A stretch of DNA of 26,158 nt from an uncultured Candidatus Saccharibacteria bacterium (GCA_964451115.1 CAYVGF010000005.1:1-26158), one strand, 5' to 3'; shown: positions 6,951 through 15,218, counted from the first letter of the stretch. Numbers and translations: made by a program. The notes: generated by a model from the letters alone, not told the origin.

Positions 6951-8057
6951 TTAATCCTGAGTTGCTTTAATTTCGCCGCCGCCCAACATCTTCCCCCGAC
7001 CGGTGTAAAAAACCGCCGATTGGCCCGGAGCGATAAATTTCTGCTTCCGGTCAAACCGCAGCGCCCAGCTCGCTCCGATTTTTAAAATCCGGGCCGGCGC
7101 TAACGGCTGCCGGTAGCGGACCCGCGCCCAAACTCTTTGCCCTGCTGGCAGCTGCCGGCCGCTGATAAAATTAACTTCAGCTAAAAGCGCGGTGCGGTGG
7201 AATAAAATTTCATCATCCCGGCCTTCGCCGACGATTAGCTGGTTTTTTTTCACGTCTTTGGCGGCAACATAAATCGGCTGGGCGGGTTTTTTATCTAAAT
7301 TAAACCGGCGAATCAAATTAAGGTGGCGCTGGCCAACAGTGTAGAACTGGACTCCCCAGTGTTCCCCTAGCACCCGGCCGTCAGCAGTGACTACCGCGCC
7401 GGGCTCTGCGGCAATGTGTTGGCGCAGAAAATCCGCCAAGGAAATCTTGCCCAAGAAACAAATTCCCTGGGAGTCTTTCTTCTTCGCTGTTGGCAAACCG
7501 GCGCGGGCCGCTATTTTTCTGACCGCCGGTTTCAACAAATCTCCCACCGGAAAAAGAGCCCGCCTTAAAACCGGCTGGTTAAGCTGCCAAAGAAAATAGG
7601 ACTGGTCTTTGTTCAAATCTTTAGCCCGGAACAAGTTATAAACCCGGCGGCCGTTAACGGTTTGGGTTTTCAGCCGGACATAGTGGCCGGTGGCGACAAA
7701 ATTGGCGCCTAACGCCACGGCTTTTCGCAAGAAAATTCCGAATTTTATCGCTTTATTGCACACCACATCCGGATTGGGCGTCAGGCCTTTTCTGTAGCCG
7801 TCTATCAAATACTCCACCACTTGGCTTTTGTACTCTTTTTCCAGGTCAAACACATAAAACGGAATTTCTAATTTTTCCGCCACTAAACGGGCGTCTTCCG
7901 AATCCCTCTCAGCGCAGCCGTCAAGGTTGTAGCCTTTAATAAAACAACCCACTACTCGGTAGCCCTGCTTTTTCAGCAGATAGGCCGCCACCGAACTGTC
8001 TACACCGCCAGACATTGCCGCAAAAACCGTTTTGTTCTTTTTAGATTTGCTTGCCAT
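6951..8057 (-). CDS. mnmA: tRNA 2-thiouridine(34) synthase
   Basis: AMSGGVDS PP-loop, PNPDVVCN, ATGHY, KDQSYFL, KDSQGICF and PGQSAVFY. Start placed at ATG 8057 rather than TTG 8066. Confidence 0.97.
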   Translation of the reverse strand: MASKSKKNKTVFAAMSGGVDSSVAAYLLKKQGYRVVGCFIKGYNLDGCAERDSEDARLVAEKLEIPFYVFDLEKEYKSQVVEYLIDGYRKGLTPNPDVVCNKAIKFGIFLRKAVALGANFVATGHYVRLKTQTVNGRRVYNLFRAKDLNKDQSYFLWQLNQPVLRRALFPVGDLLKPAVRKIAARAGLPTAKKKDSQGICFLGKISLADFLRQHIAAEPGAVVTADGRVLGEHWGVQFYTVGQRHLNLIRRFNLDKKPAQPIYVAAKDVKKNQLIVGEGRDDEILFHRTALLAEVNFISGRQLPAGQRVWARVRYRQPLAPARILKIGASWALRFDRKQKFIAPGQSAVFYTGRGKMLGGGEIKATQD

Positions 8058-8065
8058 ATAACCCA

Positions 8066-8094
8066 AATATAAAAACTAACTCTGAAATTAGCAA
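8066..8094 (-). promoter_or_regulatory. Sigma70 promoter for mnmA-comEC
   Basis: TTGCTA (8094-8089), 17-nt spacer, TATATT (8071-8066), then 8 nt to ATG 8057. Confidence 0.55.
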
Positions 8095-8151
8095 GCAAGG
8101 ACAAAAAACCGCCGGTTTTTCTTTTCTCAACAAAGAAAACAAACAACTCAA

Positions 8152-8223
8152 TAAACGCCTCAACGGGCTGAGGCGTTTACTGCAAGAAGCCCCTAAACGC
8201 CTCAACGGGTTGAGGCGTTTAGG
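8152..8223. repeat. Two direct copies of a 28-bp palindrome (REP/BIME-like)
   Basis: TAAACGCCTCAACGGG[C/T]TGAGGCGTTTA at 8152-8179 and 8194-8221, separated by 14 nt. Copy 2 extends to 15-bp perfect arms (8192-8223). Confidence 0.9.
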
Positions 8224-8327
8224 CCCGGCCGGCTTTTGGCGGGGTAAATAAAATTTAGCGGGATGACAATTGGCTAAAGCGGGAGCGGCTGAATTTCAAT
8301 TTAACCGAGCTCGGAATTGAAACTTTC

Positions 8328-8356
8328 TTGATTTCAGCCAATCTTTGATTTAAATT
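8328..8356 (+). promoter_or_regulatory. Sigma70 promoter for efp, leaderless geometry
   Basis: TTGATT (8328-8333), 17-nt spacer, TAAATT (8351-8356), then 6 nt to ATG 8363. Confidence 0.65.
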
Positions 8357-8362
8357 GGAATT

Positions 8363-8932
8363 ATGATTAATTACAAAGATTTAAAGCCGGGAATTATTTT
8401 TGTGAAAGACGGAGCGCCTTGGAAGGTGCTGGACTACAATTTTGTGCGGATGCAGCAGCGGAAACCGGTGGTCCAGCTTAAGATTAAAAACCTGATTACC
8501 GGCAAGGTAATGGATTACACCGCCCAGCAATCTGATTCGTTTGAGGAAGCGGAAATTGAGAACAAGCCGCTGGAGTATATTTTTAATAAGCGGGGCGAAT
8601 TTTGGTTTAAAAATCCGGCAGACCCTAAAGACCGGATGTTTCTTAACGAAGAGGTTTTGGGAAATAAAACCGGCTATCTGGTGCCGGGCGCAAAGGTTAA
8701 CGCCCTGATTTTCGGGGAAAAAGTAATTGATATTGAACTGCCGGCTAAAATTGAGTTAAAAGTGAAAGAAGCGCCGCCTTATATCAAAGGCGCTACCGCC
8801 ACCGGCGGCTATAAGCTGGCTACGCTTGAAACCGGCATTAAAATCAGCGTACCGCCTTTTATTGAGGCTGGCGACATTATCAGCGTTAATCCCAGCACCG
8901 GCGAGTACTCCGAACGGGTGGAAAAAGCTTAA
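8363..8932 (+). CDS. efp: Translation elongation factor P with a non-canonical loop
   Basis: 189 aa, three-domain layout with KIKNLITG, GATATGGYKLATLETG..VPPFIEAGD..V and TGEYSERV. Confidence 0.95.
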   Translation: MINYKDLKPGIIFVKDGAPWKVLDYNFVRMQQRKPVVQLKIKNLITGKVMDYTAQQSDSFEEAEIENKPLEYIFNKRGEFWFKNPADPKDRMFLNEEVLGNKTGYLVPGAKVNALIFGEKVIDIELPAKIELKVKEAPPYIKGATATGGYKLATLETGIKISVPPFIEAGDIISVNPSTGEYSERVEKA

Positions 8933-8941
8933 GCTTCGGCT

Positions 8942-10420
8942 TTAGTCGGAAGAGTCGTCGGTTTTTTCCAGAGCTTTCTCCAACATTTGCTTTAAAGCGT
9001 TGACGTCAACTTTTGCTTTAGATTGGTGGATTTTTTTAATTTTTGGCTTTTGATCGGCAGGTTTCGCTAAAACCTCTTTGATAGACTTTTCTTCCTTCTG
9101 TTCCAGCTTAATATGGGCGGCTTCTTCCGATTCCCACTCCTCCATAAGTTTTTTCTCAACTATCTCTTTGGGCAAGGAGTACTTTCGGCGGGTGTACTCA
9201 ATAATTATTTCCCGCGGAGAAACATTTTCCGGCGGTGGCGGCGGCGGCAGGGTTTTGGCGGAAAAAGGAGAGGTGGCCACGCCGTCAATCATTAGTTTGG
9301 CAATGATGTGGTATTTGGGCAAATTAACCAAATCGTTTTCGTCAAACTCCGGCGCAAATTCTTTTTCTAAAAATTCAGCGTCAGCCGCCCCAACCCGAAA
9401 AGCGATTAAAGTGCCGACATTGCCGAAAATCGCGTCCCTTACTTTCGTGTTCTTGTCTTCCACTAATTGGTTGATGTACTGATGGGCTAAGATCAAGCTT
9501 AGCTTGTATTTCCGGGCTTCCGACAAAATTGTGGCGAAAGAATCAGTCGCAAAGTTCTGGAACTCATCTACATAAAGGAAGAAGTCTTTGTAATCCTCAG
9601 TGGTGTTTTTTGCCCGGGACATAGCCGCCAACTGCAAGCGGGTTACAATCATTGCCCCTAGAAGGGCGGAGTTGTCTTCGCCGATTTTCCCCCGCGACAG
9701 GTTAATAATCAAAATCTTGCCCTGATCCATCAGCTCTTTTAGGTTTAAGGAAGACTTCTTTTGGCCTAAGATGTTTCTAATTAAAGGATTGGTTACAAAC
9801 TGGCCGACTTTGTTCTGAATCGCCGCCACCGCTTCGGTTTGGTAGTTTTGGCTGTAGCGGGCAAACTCGTCAGTCCAGAAATGCTTCACCACCGGATCAG
9901 TCAGGTTGGCGACAATTTCCTTGCGGTAATATTTGTCGGAAAACATTCTCAGCACGCCAACCAAGGTAGCGTTGGGATACTCCAAAAGCGCCAGCAAAGT
10001 ATTGTTTAAGATATACTCCATTCTCGGCGACCAGACATCGGGCCAGATTTTCTTAAACACGCCCATCATGCTGGAAGCAACCAAGTGGTGGTATTCGCCG
10101 CCTACTTCTTCCAGCGGATTGAAGGCAATCGGGTACTCAATGTCGGAAGGGTCAAAATAAATGACATCTTCCAGCCGGTGCTCGGGAATGTAGTTGAGAA
10201 GCTTTTCGGCGGAAGATCCGTGCGGATCCAAAAACCCGATGCCGTGGCCGGCTTGAATGTCGGAAATAGCCATATTTTCCAGCAAGGTTGATTTGCCCAC
10301 GCCGGTTTTTCCGATAACGTAAACATGCCGGCGGCGATCGTCAACTTTGATGCCGAAGACATCTTCGCGCCCCCGATAATTAAGGCAGCCAAGCGGAGTA
10401 ATTTTGTTATTGTCACCCAT
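8942..10420 (-). CDS. VirD4/TraD/TrwB-like (FtsK-HerA superfamily) ATPase without an N-terminal TM anchor
   Basis: RRRHVYVIGKTGVGKS (Walker A), FLDPHG, LYVDEFQNF (Walker B) and EARKY..LILAHQY. Confidence 0.85.
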   Translation of the reverse strand: MGDNNKITPLGCLNYRGREDVFGIKVDDRRRHVYVIGKTGVGKSTLLENMAISDIQAGHGIGFLDPHGSSAEKLLNYIPEHRLEDVIYFDPSDIEYPIAFNPLEEVGGEYHHLVASSMMGVFKKIWPDVWSPRMEYILNNTLLALLEYPNATLVGVLRMFSDKYYRKEIVANLTDPVVKHFWTDEFARYSQNYQTEAVAAIQNKVGQFVTNPLIRNILGQKKSSLNLKELMDQGKILIINLSRGKIGEDNSALLGAMIVTRLQLAAMSRAKNTTEDYKDFFLYVDEFQNFATDSFATILSEARKYKLSLILAHQYINQLVEDKNTKVRDAIFGNVGTLIAFRVGAADAEFLEKEFAPEFDENDLVNLPKYHIIAKLMIDGVATSPFSAKTLPPPPPPENVSPREIIIEYTRRKYSLPKEIVEKKLMEEWESEEAAHIKLEQKEEKSIKEVLAKPADQKPKIKKIHQSKAKVDVNALKQMLEKALEKTDDSSD

Positions 10421-10429
10421 AAGTTTTAC

Positions 10430-10438
10430 ATTATACCA
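10430..10438 (-). promoter_or_regulatory. Extended -10 (TGgTATAAT) upstream of the ATPase gene
   Basis: TG-g-TATAAT at 10438-10430, then 9 nt to ATG 10420. Confidence 0.5.
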
Positions 10439-11695
10439 CTAACTGCCGATGGTTGGTAAATTGGCCGGCGGGCGGCCTTTTTTAGTTAAGACTCTTTCCA
10501 CCGTCGGCGCTTTAACCGAAGCCAGCGGCAAATGGTAAATGGTGGCTAATTCCTCCACATTTAAAATCGAAAACTTGCTGGGAAATTCCCGCAGGCGGTA
10601 GTTGAGAAAGAGCATTTTCTTTTTATGGTCAACTTTCATTTTTTTGAACGGTTTTTTGGCAATCGGCATTGTCGCCAAATTCGGCCTTAAAGAATTAAGG
10701 TTATTGGTGTTAAACTGGCGCAAAAATCCCATCACCGCGTTGATGTTGTCCCGAACAAAATCGTCCTTCTTATTGACGTCTACAAACCTGATAACCGTTT
10801 CAAACCCGATTTTTGAAATTTTGTTTTCAACTGCTTCCACAATTTTTCGGTTGCCCGGCGACAAATTCTTATTCTTAGCTTCGCCGGCTTTGTCCCCTTC
10901 GCCCCATTCCGGCGGCCTAACAAAGGCAATAAAGAAATTTTTAACAAACTCAATCAAAGAATCCAAAGCTTTGCCCAGGCCAGACTTGGAAGCCGATTTT
11001 TCTCCCATTAGTTCGGCTGCCAGCTTCTGCCCCTTTTTAATCCAGCCGTCGCCGGTGGCCCTGATTAAAATCTGAATCCAAACATTTTCCGCCGGCTTTA
11101 AATTGGAAACAGCCTCGCTTAAAAGGGCAAGCGGGTCAATTCTTTTCTCTTCCATCAAGTGGTCAAAATATTCGTAAGTCCGGAGCGGATAAGCGTCGTC
11201 CCGCGCTAAAATGAAATCGCTGCCCCAGATGTCATAATCTTCCTTCAGCGTTAAGGTTCCAAACTGGTTGACGTAATCGTCTTCCGGCGGCACCAGGACT
11301 ATTTCTGCGTCCGGATACTGGGAATAAACCGCTGACTCAACAGTGTTGCGAAAGCTTTCCAAAACCCGAACGTAAAACTCCAACTCGCCATTCCGGCCTA
11401 CAATCTCAAAAGAAGCCCAGTTCTCAACCACGCCCTTAAACCATTTCTGTTTCCATAAAATACCAAAGCTGTACATTGAGTGCATTGCCGCAAAAATCTG
11501 CTCCATTGCCTTATAGGGAGTAGTTGGAATTTTGGGCACTGAAATCCTCAACAGCGCCCATTTAAGATTTTTTTTGTATTTTTCCCGGCGGGAAAACAGC
11601 CATAAATCCGGCAGAACAATAACTAAGAAAATTATTAGCAGGAGATACCACCAGGTCAGAATAAAATTTACCAAAGGGTTAAAGAAAAGGCTCAT
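10439..11695 (-). CDS. Membrane-anchored hypothetical protein, probable partner of the VirD4-like ATPase
   Basis: ~418 aa with an N-terminal TM helix (WWYLLLIIFLVIVL), SAVYSQYPDAEI, YPLRTY, IDPL and EELATIYHLP. ATG 11695 is preferred because TATAAT overlaps ATG 11704. Confidence 0.8.
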   Translation of the reverse strand: MSLFFNPLVNFILTWWYLLLIIFLVIVLPDLWLFSRREKYKKNLKWALLRISVPKIPTTPYKAMEQIFAAMHSMYSFGILWKQKWFKGVVENWASFEIVGRNGELEFYVRVLESFRNTVESAVYSQYPDAEIVLVPPEDDYVNQFGTLTLKEDYDIWGSDFILARDDAYPLRTYEYFDHLMEEKRIDPLALLSEAVSNLKPAENVWIQILIRATGDGWIKKGQKLAAELMGEKSASKSGLGKALDSLIEFVKNFFIAFVRPPEWGEGDKAGEAKNKNLSPGNRKIVEAVENKISKIGFETVIRFVDVNKKDDFVRDNINAVMGFLRQFNTNNLNSLRPNLATMPIAKKPFKKMKVDHKKKMLFLNYRLREFPSKFSILNVEELATIYHLPLASVKAPTVERVLTKKGRPPANLPTIGS

Positions 11696-11702
11696 ATCAT
11701 AC

Positions 11703-11708
11703 ATTATA
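11703..11708 (-). promoter_or_regulatory. -10 box (TATAAT), leaderless geometry
   Basis: Consensus TATAAT followed by 7 nt and ATG 11695. No convincing -35. Confidence 0.45.
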
Positions 11709-11734
11709 ACCTTTCGGCGGCGGCTTAATAAAGC

Positions 11735-12742
11735 TTAAATCAAAGTATAGCGGCCGTCCGGCAGGCGTTTGAACTGCTTCCGGTTTTGCAAATTGATAAT
11801 TATCGTGTTGCGCTTAACTAGCTTTTTGCTGCTGACAATGTCAACAACTTCATCAACGGTCAGCGGACCGTTTTCTTCGATGGCTTTTCGGATAATGTCT
11901 TTCACCGTTCCTTTTTCAAAACCATGCTCTTTTAAGGCGTAAATTCCGCGGCCGACCAAAACAAATCGGTCGTCCTTGATGAGCTCGTTATGAACAGTCT
12001 GGGGATGGGCCCTTTTGTAATCGCCGTAGTACTGGTTTATTAAGTCGGCAATTTCCCTAAAGTGCATTGGCCGGCGGTGCTTTTTAACAATTAGGTAAGC
12101 TTTGTCCCTTACGACTTTCGGCTCTATCTCCGGCCACGTTTTCAAGCCAAAATCGCCAAAGTGGTTGCAGCCAACCACTTTAGAGATGGAAAGGTAATGG
12201 TAATCTGCCAAATTTGGATACTTGGCAAAGTGGAAATGGTCGTTAATAATTTTCTCCGGCTTTTGTTTTCTGAGAAAAGCAATAAACTGGTCAATGTGCT
12301 TTAAAACGAACCGCTTCATTTGCTCATCTAGATACCAAAAATCAAACAGATCGTCGGTGCTCTTAAAATACTGGGGCTTTTCGGTTACCAACAGAATAAA
12401 CCGCAAGTAATTGGACCAGTTTTCTTCCTCTTCAATTTCATTAATATGCTTTAAGTCAACCACAAAATAATCATCTCGCCGGACACCGCCAACCAATTTA
12501 AGAAAATCCTCGGCGGAAATAACAACCGGCTCCAACTCGGAAGCGATAGCCGGCCTTAACTTGCCTACCGAATGGTTTATTATCTGGCGAACCCGTTCCC
12601 GAGTAATGCCGAAATCGTCGCCGATTTCCTGTAAAGTCAAAAAATCACCGCCTAAGCCGTACCTTTTAATTAAAATAACTTTCTGCTTCTCGTTTAATTC
12701 GCTGTCCAAGATGTCATTTACTATGTCGGATAATTTGATCAT
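11735..12742 (-). CDS. Sigma70 region-4-like HTH fused to C-terminal winged-helix (HARE-HTH/RNAP delta-like) domains
   Basis: N-terminal RYGL..LTLQEIGDDFGITRERVRQI. C-terminal PMHFREIA..TVHNELIKDDRFVLVGRGIYAL plus a second wHTH-like repeat. Sigma regions 2 and 3 are absent. Confidence 0.8.
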   Translation of the reverse strand: MIKLSDIVNDILDSELNEKQKVILIKRYGLGGDFLTLQEIGDDFGITRERVRQIINHSVGKLRPAIASELEPVVISAEDFLKLVGGVRRDDYFVVDLKHINEIEEEENWSNYLRFILLVTEKPQYFKSTDDLFDFWYLDEQMKRFVLKHIDQFIAFLRKQKPEKIINDHFHFAKYPNLADYHYLSISKVVGCNHFGDFGLKTWPEIEPKVVRDKAYLIVKKHRRPMHFREIADLINQYYGDYKRAHPQTVHNELIKDDRFVLVGRGIYALKEHGFEKGTVKDIIRKAIEENGPLTVDEVVDIVSSKKLVKRNTIIINLQNRKQFKRLPDGRYTLI

Positions 12743-12755
12743 AATTCTTATCTAT

Positions 12756-12785
12756 AATATAACATCCTTATTCAAATTTCGTCAA
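12756..12785 (-). promoter_or_regulatory. Sigma70 promoter for the sigma-4/wHTH gene
   Basis: TTGACG (12785-12780), 18-nt spacer, extended TGt-TATATT (12761-12756), then 13 nt to ATG. Confidence 0.55.
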
Positions 12786-12809
12786 CCCTTCCGGCAGAAA
12801 GAGGCCGAA

Positions 12810-13706
12810 TTAATCTTTCGGCCGGCCCCAGAAATAAAGAAGCGGCGAAGCGACAAAAATTGAAGAGTAGGTGCCAAAAACGGTGCCTAACAAAATGGTC
12901 AAAACGAAGTAAAACAGGTTTTGGGGGCCGACAAAAATCATCGCCAACAGAACTAAAATCAGCGTTAAAGAGGTATTAATTGACCGGGCAACGGTTTCGT
13001 TAACGCTGATATTAAAGATGTCACCTAAAGAAACTTTTTTGCCTTGGTTTAAGGTGAGATTTTCCCTAATGCGGTCAAAAACCACGATGGTGTCGTTAAC
13101 CGAAAACCCTAATACAAACAAAAGGGCGACAATAAAGTTAATGTCAACCTGGACCCCTTGCAGATAGCCGAGCAAAGCAAATATGCCGGCCGGAATGCTG
13201 ACATCATGAAACAAAGTAATCAAGGTAACGGCGCCGTATTTGAAAGAGCTTATCGGTTTGGAAACTTTACGGAAAGCCCAGGCTACGAAAACCGATATTG
13301 CCAGCAAAACTCCGATAATCGCCTTGATTGACTTCTGCTTAAGCTCTTGGCCGATGACTGGCCCGATGCTGGCGAAGCTAATTTCTTCCATTTCACCGAA
13401 TTTCTTTGGAAGGTCCCGTTTTAATTTCAGATAATACTCTTCCCTTCCGTCCGGCATTTGAATTATAAAGTCGCCCTGGGAATTCTTTTTGACCACTACG
13501 TTTTTGTCGCCAATTTCCTTAGTGATAAAATCTTTCAATCCGGCTTCGGTTATAGCAGACGAAGAAAAATTAACCTGCCAGGACGCGCCGCCTTTCAGCT
13601 CAATGCCAGGATTTAAGCCGAAATAAAAGATGCTGGCCCAGCTTAAAATCACCAGAATGCCGGCAGCAATTAAAAATTTTTTACCTTGGCCAATAATATC
13701 AATCAT
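12810..13706 (-). CDS. secF: Protein translocase subunit SecF
   Basis: GIELKGG, IGPVIGQEL and GFSVNDTIVVFDRIRE. ATGATTGA overlap with the secD stop. Confidence 0.95.
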   Translation of the reverse strand: MIDIIGQGKKFLIAAGILVILSWASIFYFGLNPGIELKGGASWQVNFSSSAITEAGLKDFITKEIGDKNVVVKKNSQGDFIIQMPDGREEYYLKLKRDLPKKFGEMEEISFASIGPVIGQELKQKSIKAIIGVLLAISVFVAWAFRKVSKPISSFKYGAVTLITLFHDVSIPAGIFALLGYLQGVQVDINFIVALLFVLGFSVNDTIVVFDRIRENLTLNQGKKVSLGDIFNISVNETVARSINTSLTLILVLLAMIFVGPQNLFYFVLTILLGTVFGTYSSIFVASPLLYFWGRPKD

Positions 13707-15015
13707 GTTTTTGTTTAGGGTTATAAAACAGCCTCAACATCGCCCGCGTTAAGGTAATAGCGCTGAACATGCTCAAAATAACGCCGATTAAAAGCGCTAA
13801 GGCAAAACCTTGAACAAAGCCGGTGGTAAACATATACAAAATGACAGCGCTGATGATGGTGGTAATGTTGGAATCGCGAATAGAGCTCCAAGCCCGGCGG
13901 AACCCTTCTTCAATCGCCGATTTATTTTCCACGCCCCGCTTAATCTCTTCTTTAGTCCGCTCAAAAACCAAAACATTGGCGTCAACCGCAATGCCGATGG
14001 AAAGAATGACGCCGGCGATGCCCGATAAAGTAAGGGTGATCGGAATTAACTTAAACAAACCCAACAATAAAGCGGAGTACATCAAAAGCGCCGCCGCGGC
14101 AAAAAGGCCCAAGCGGCGGTAGTAAATTACCATAAACAAAATCACCGCCGCCAAGCCGATAATGCCGGCCTTAATGGAATTGTCCAGGGAGTTTTTGCCT
14201 AAAATCGGGCTGATTGTATACTGGTTAACCAGTTTGATCGGGGCGGGCAAGGCGCCGGCGTTGAACCGCTCTACAATCTTTTTGGCCTGGTCAAAAGTAA
14301 ACTGGCCGGTAATGCTGGCTCGGCCGCCAATTATTTTTTCCTGGACTGTTGGCATCTCAATCAGCTGATTGTCTAAAAATATGGCTAAAGGCTGGCCGAT
14401 AAGTTCTTCGGTTAGTTTCTCAAACATTTTTGCTCCTTCGTCGTTAAACTCCAAACCGATATAAGGCTGGCCGGTGATATTGTCAAAAAGCACTTGAGCG
14501 CCCTTAACGTATCGGCCGGTTAAAGCGGTGGGAATGAATTTATAAGCCAAGCCGGTGGAAGAGGCGTTGCTTAAATCCAAAGGAGCGGAAGAAGTGGAAA
14601 CGGAAACTTCACTGGCAGCCGGCTCAAGCACCACTTTTCGGAAATCCAAAAGAGGGGTAGCGCCTATTTCCTTAATGGCCAAATCGGTATTCTTAATGCC
14701 GGCTAACTCTACCACCAGCCGGCGGCTGCTGCCAACGCTTTGGGTGTAAACCCGGGGTTCGCTGACGCCAAACAGGTTAACTCTTTTTTCAATCACGTCC
14801 CTGAGGCCTCCGACAACAGAATCGGCGTCAGCGGCCGGTACATTGCTCAAATCAATGTCATAAACCAAATAACTGCCGCCGACCAAATCCAGGCCTAAAC
14901 TCCAAGGGCGGGCAGAACTAATCTGCCCCCAAAGGGGTTGGTAAACAAAAACCGCCGCCGCAAGCGAAGCAATTAAGATTAAAGCGAAAAGATATGATTC
15001 CCTTTTTTTATTCAT
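13699..15015 (-). CDS. secD: Protein translocase subunit SecD
   Basis: LGLDLVGG, IEKRVNLFGVSEP, GALPAP and GIAVDANVLVFER. Start at ATG 15015 (TTG 15018 is an alternative). Confidence 0.95.
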   Translation of the reverse strand: MNKKRESYLFALILIASLAAAVFVYQPLWGQISSARPWSLGLDLVGGSYLVYDIDLSNVPAADADSVVGGLRDVIEKRVNLFGVSEPRVYTQSVGSSRRLVVELAGIKNTDLAIKEIGATPLLDFRKVVLEPAASEVSVSTSSAPLDLSNASSTGLAYKFIPTALTGRYVKGAQVLFDNITGQPYIGLEFNDEGAKMFEKLTEELIGQPLAIFLDNQLIEMPTVQEKIIGGRASITGQFTFDQAKKIVERFNAGALPAPIKLVNQYTISPILGKNSLDNSIKAGIIGLAAVILFMVIYYRRLGLFAAAALLMYSALLLGLFKLIPITLTLSGIAGVILSIGIAVDANVLVFERTKEEIKRGVENKSAIEEGFRRAWSSIRDSNITTIISAVILYMFTTGFVQGFALALLIGVILSMFSAITLTRAMLRLFYNPKQKHD

Positions 15016-15042
15016 CAAAGTGTTAATAAGAGTACGCTCAAG

Positions 15043-15071
15043 ATTTTATAGGAAAAAACAAAAATAATCAA
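15043..15071 (-). promoter_or_regulatory. Sigma70 promoter for secDF
   Basis: TTGATT (15071-15066), 17-nt spacer, TAAAAT (15048-15043). Confidence 0.55.
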
Positions 15072-15074
15072 ATC

Positions 15075-15104
15075 CCTGCCTGCCGATAGGTAGGCCTGCC
15101 TGCC
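15075..15104. repeat. CCTGCCTGCC-type short palindromic element plus a half copy
   Basis: CCTGCCT-gccgat-AGGTAGG (15075-15094) followed by CCTGCCTGCC. A related copy lies at 21564-21583. Confidence 0.65.
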
Positions 15105-15145
15105 CAAACAAGCAAGCAAATAAAAAAAGCGTGTTTTATATAATC

Positions 15146-15170
15146 AAACGGCCCAATTAGTTGAGCCGCT
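15146..15170 (-). terminator. Possible terminator hairpin after the P-type ATPase
   Basis: CGGCTCAA-ctaa-TTGGGCCG with a weak U-tract (TTTG). Confidence 0.35.
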
Positions 15171-15189
15171 TAATTATACCACAAATTTC

Positions 15190-15218
15190 AATCTATGGAG
15201 GTCGGACCTCCATAGATT
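15190..15218. repeat. Perfect 29-bp palindrome abutting the ATPase stop codon
   Basis: AATCTATGGAGGTC-G-GACCTCCATAGATT, 14-bp arms. Confidence 0.85.

Noticed and set aside
8152-8221. Mini CRISPR array
   Set aside because: Only two repeats, a 14-nt spacer that is too short, and no cas genes in the window.
8051-8251. 66-aa plus-strand ORF with a repeated KRLNGLRRL
   Set aside because: The peptide repeat is just the translation of the twin palindromes, and the ORF overlaps the mnmA start and promoter.
9230-9247. Six-proline run in the ATPase next to efp as a functional link
   Set aside because: The run is real (PPPPPP), but EF-P acts in trans and the genes are convergent, so adjacency implies nothing.
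8942-11704. Integrative conjugative element or prophage
   Set aside because: No integrase, relaxase, VirB4, phage genes or att-like direct repeats, and the flanks are housekeeping genes.
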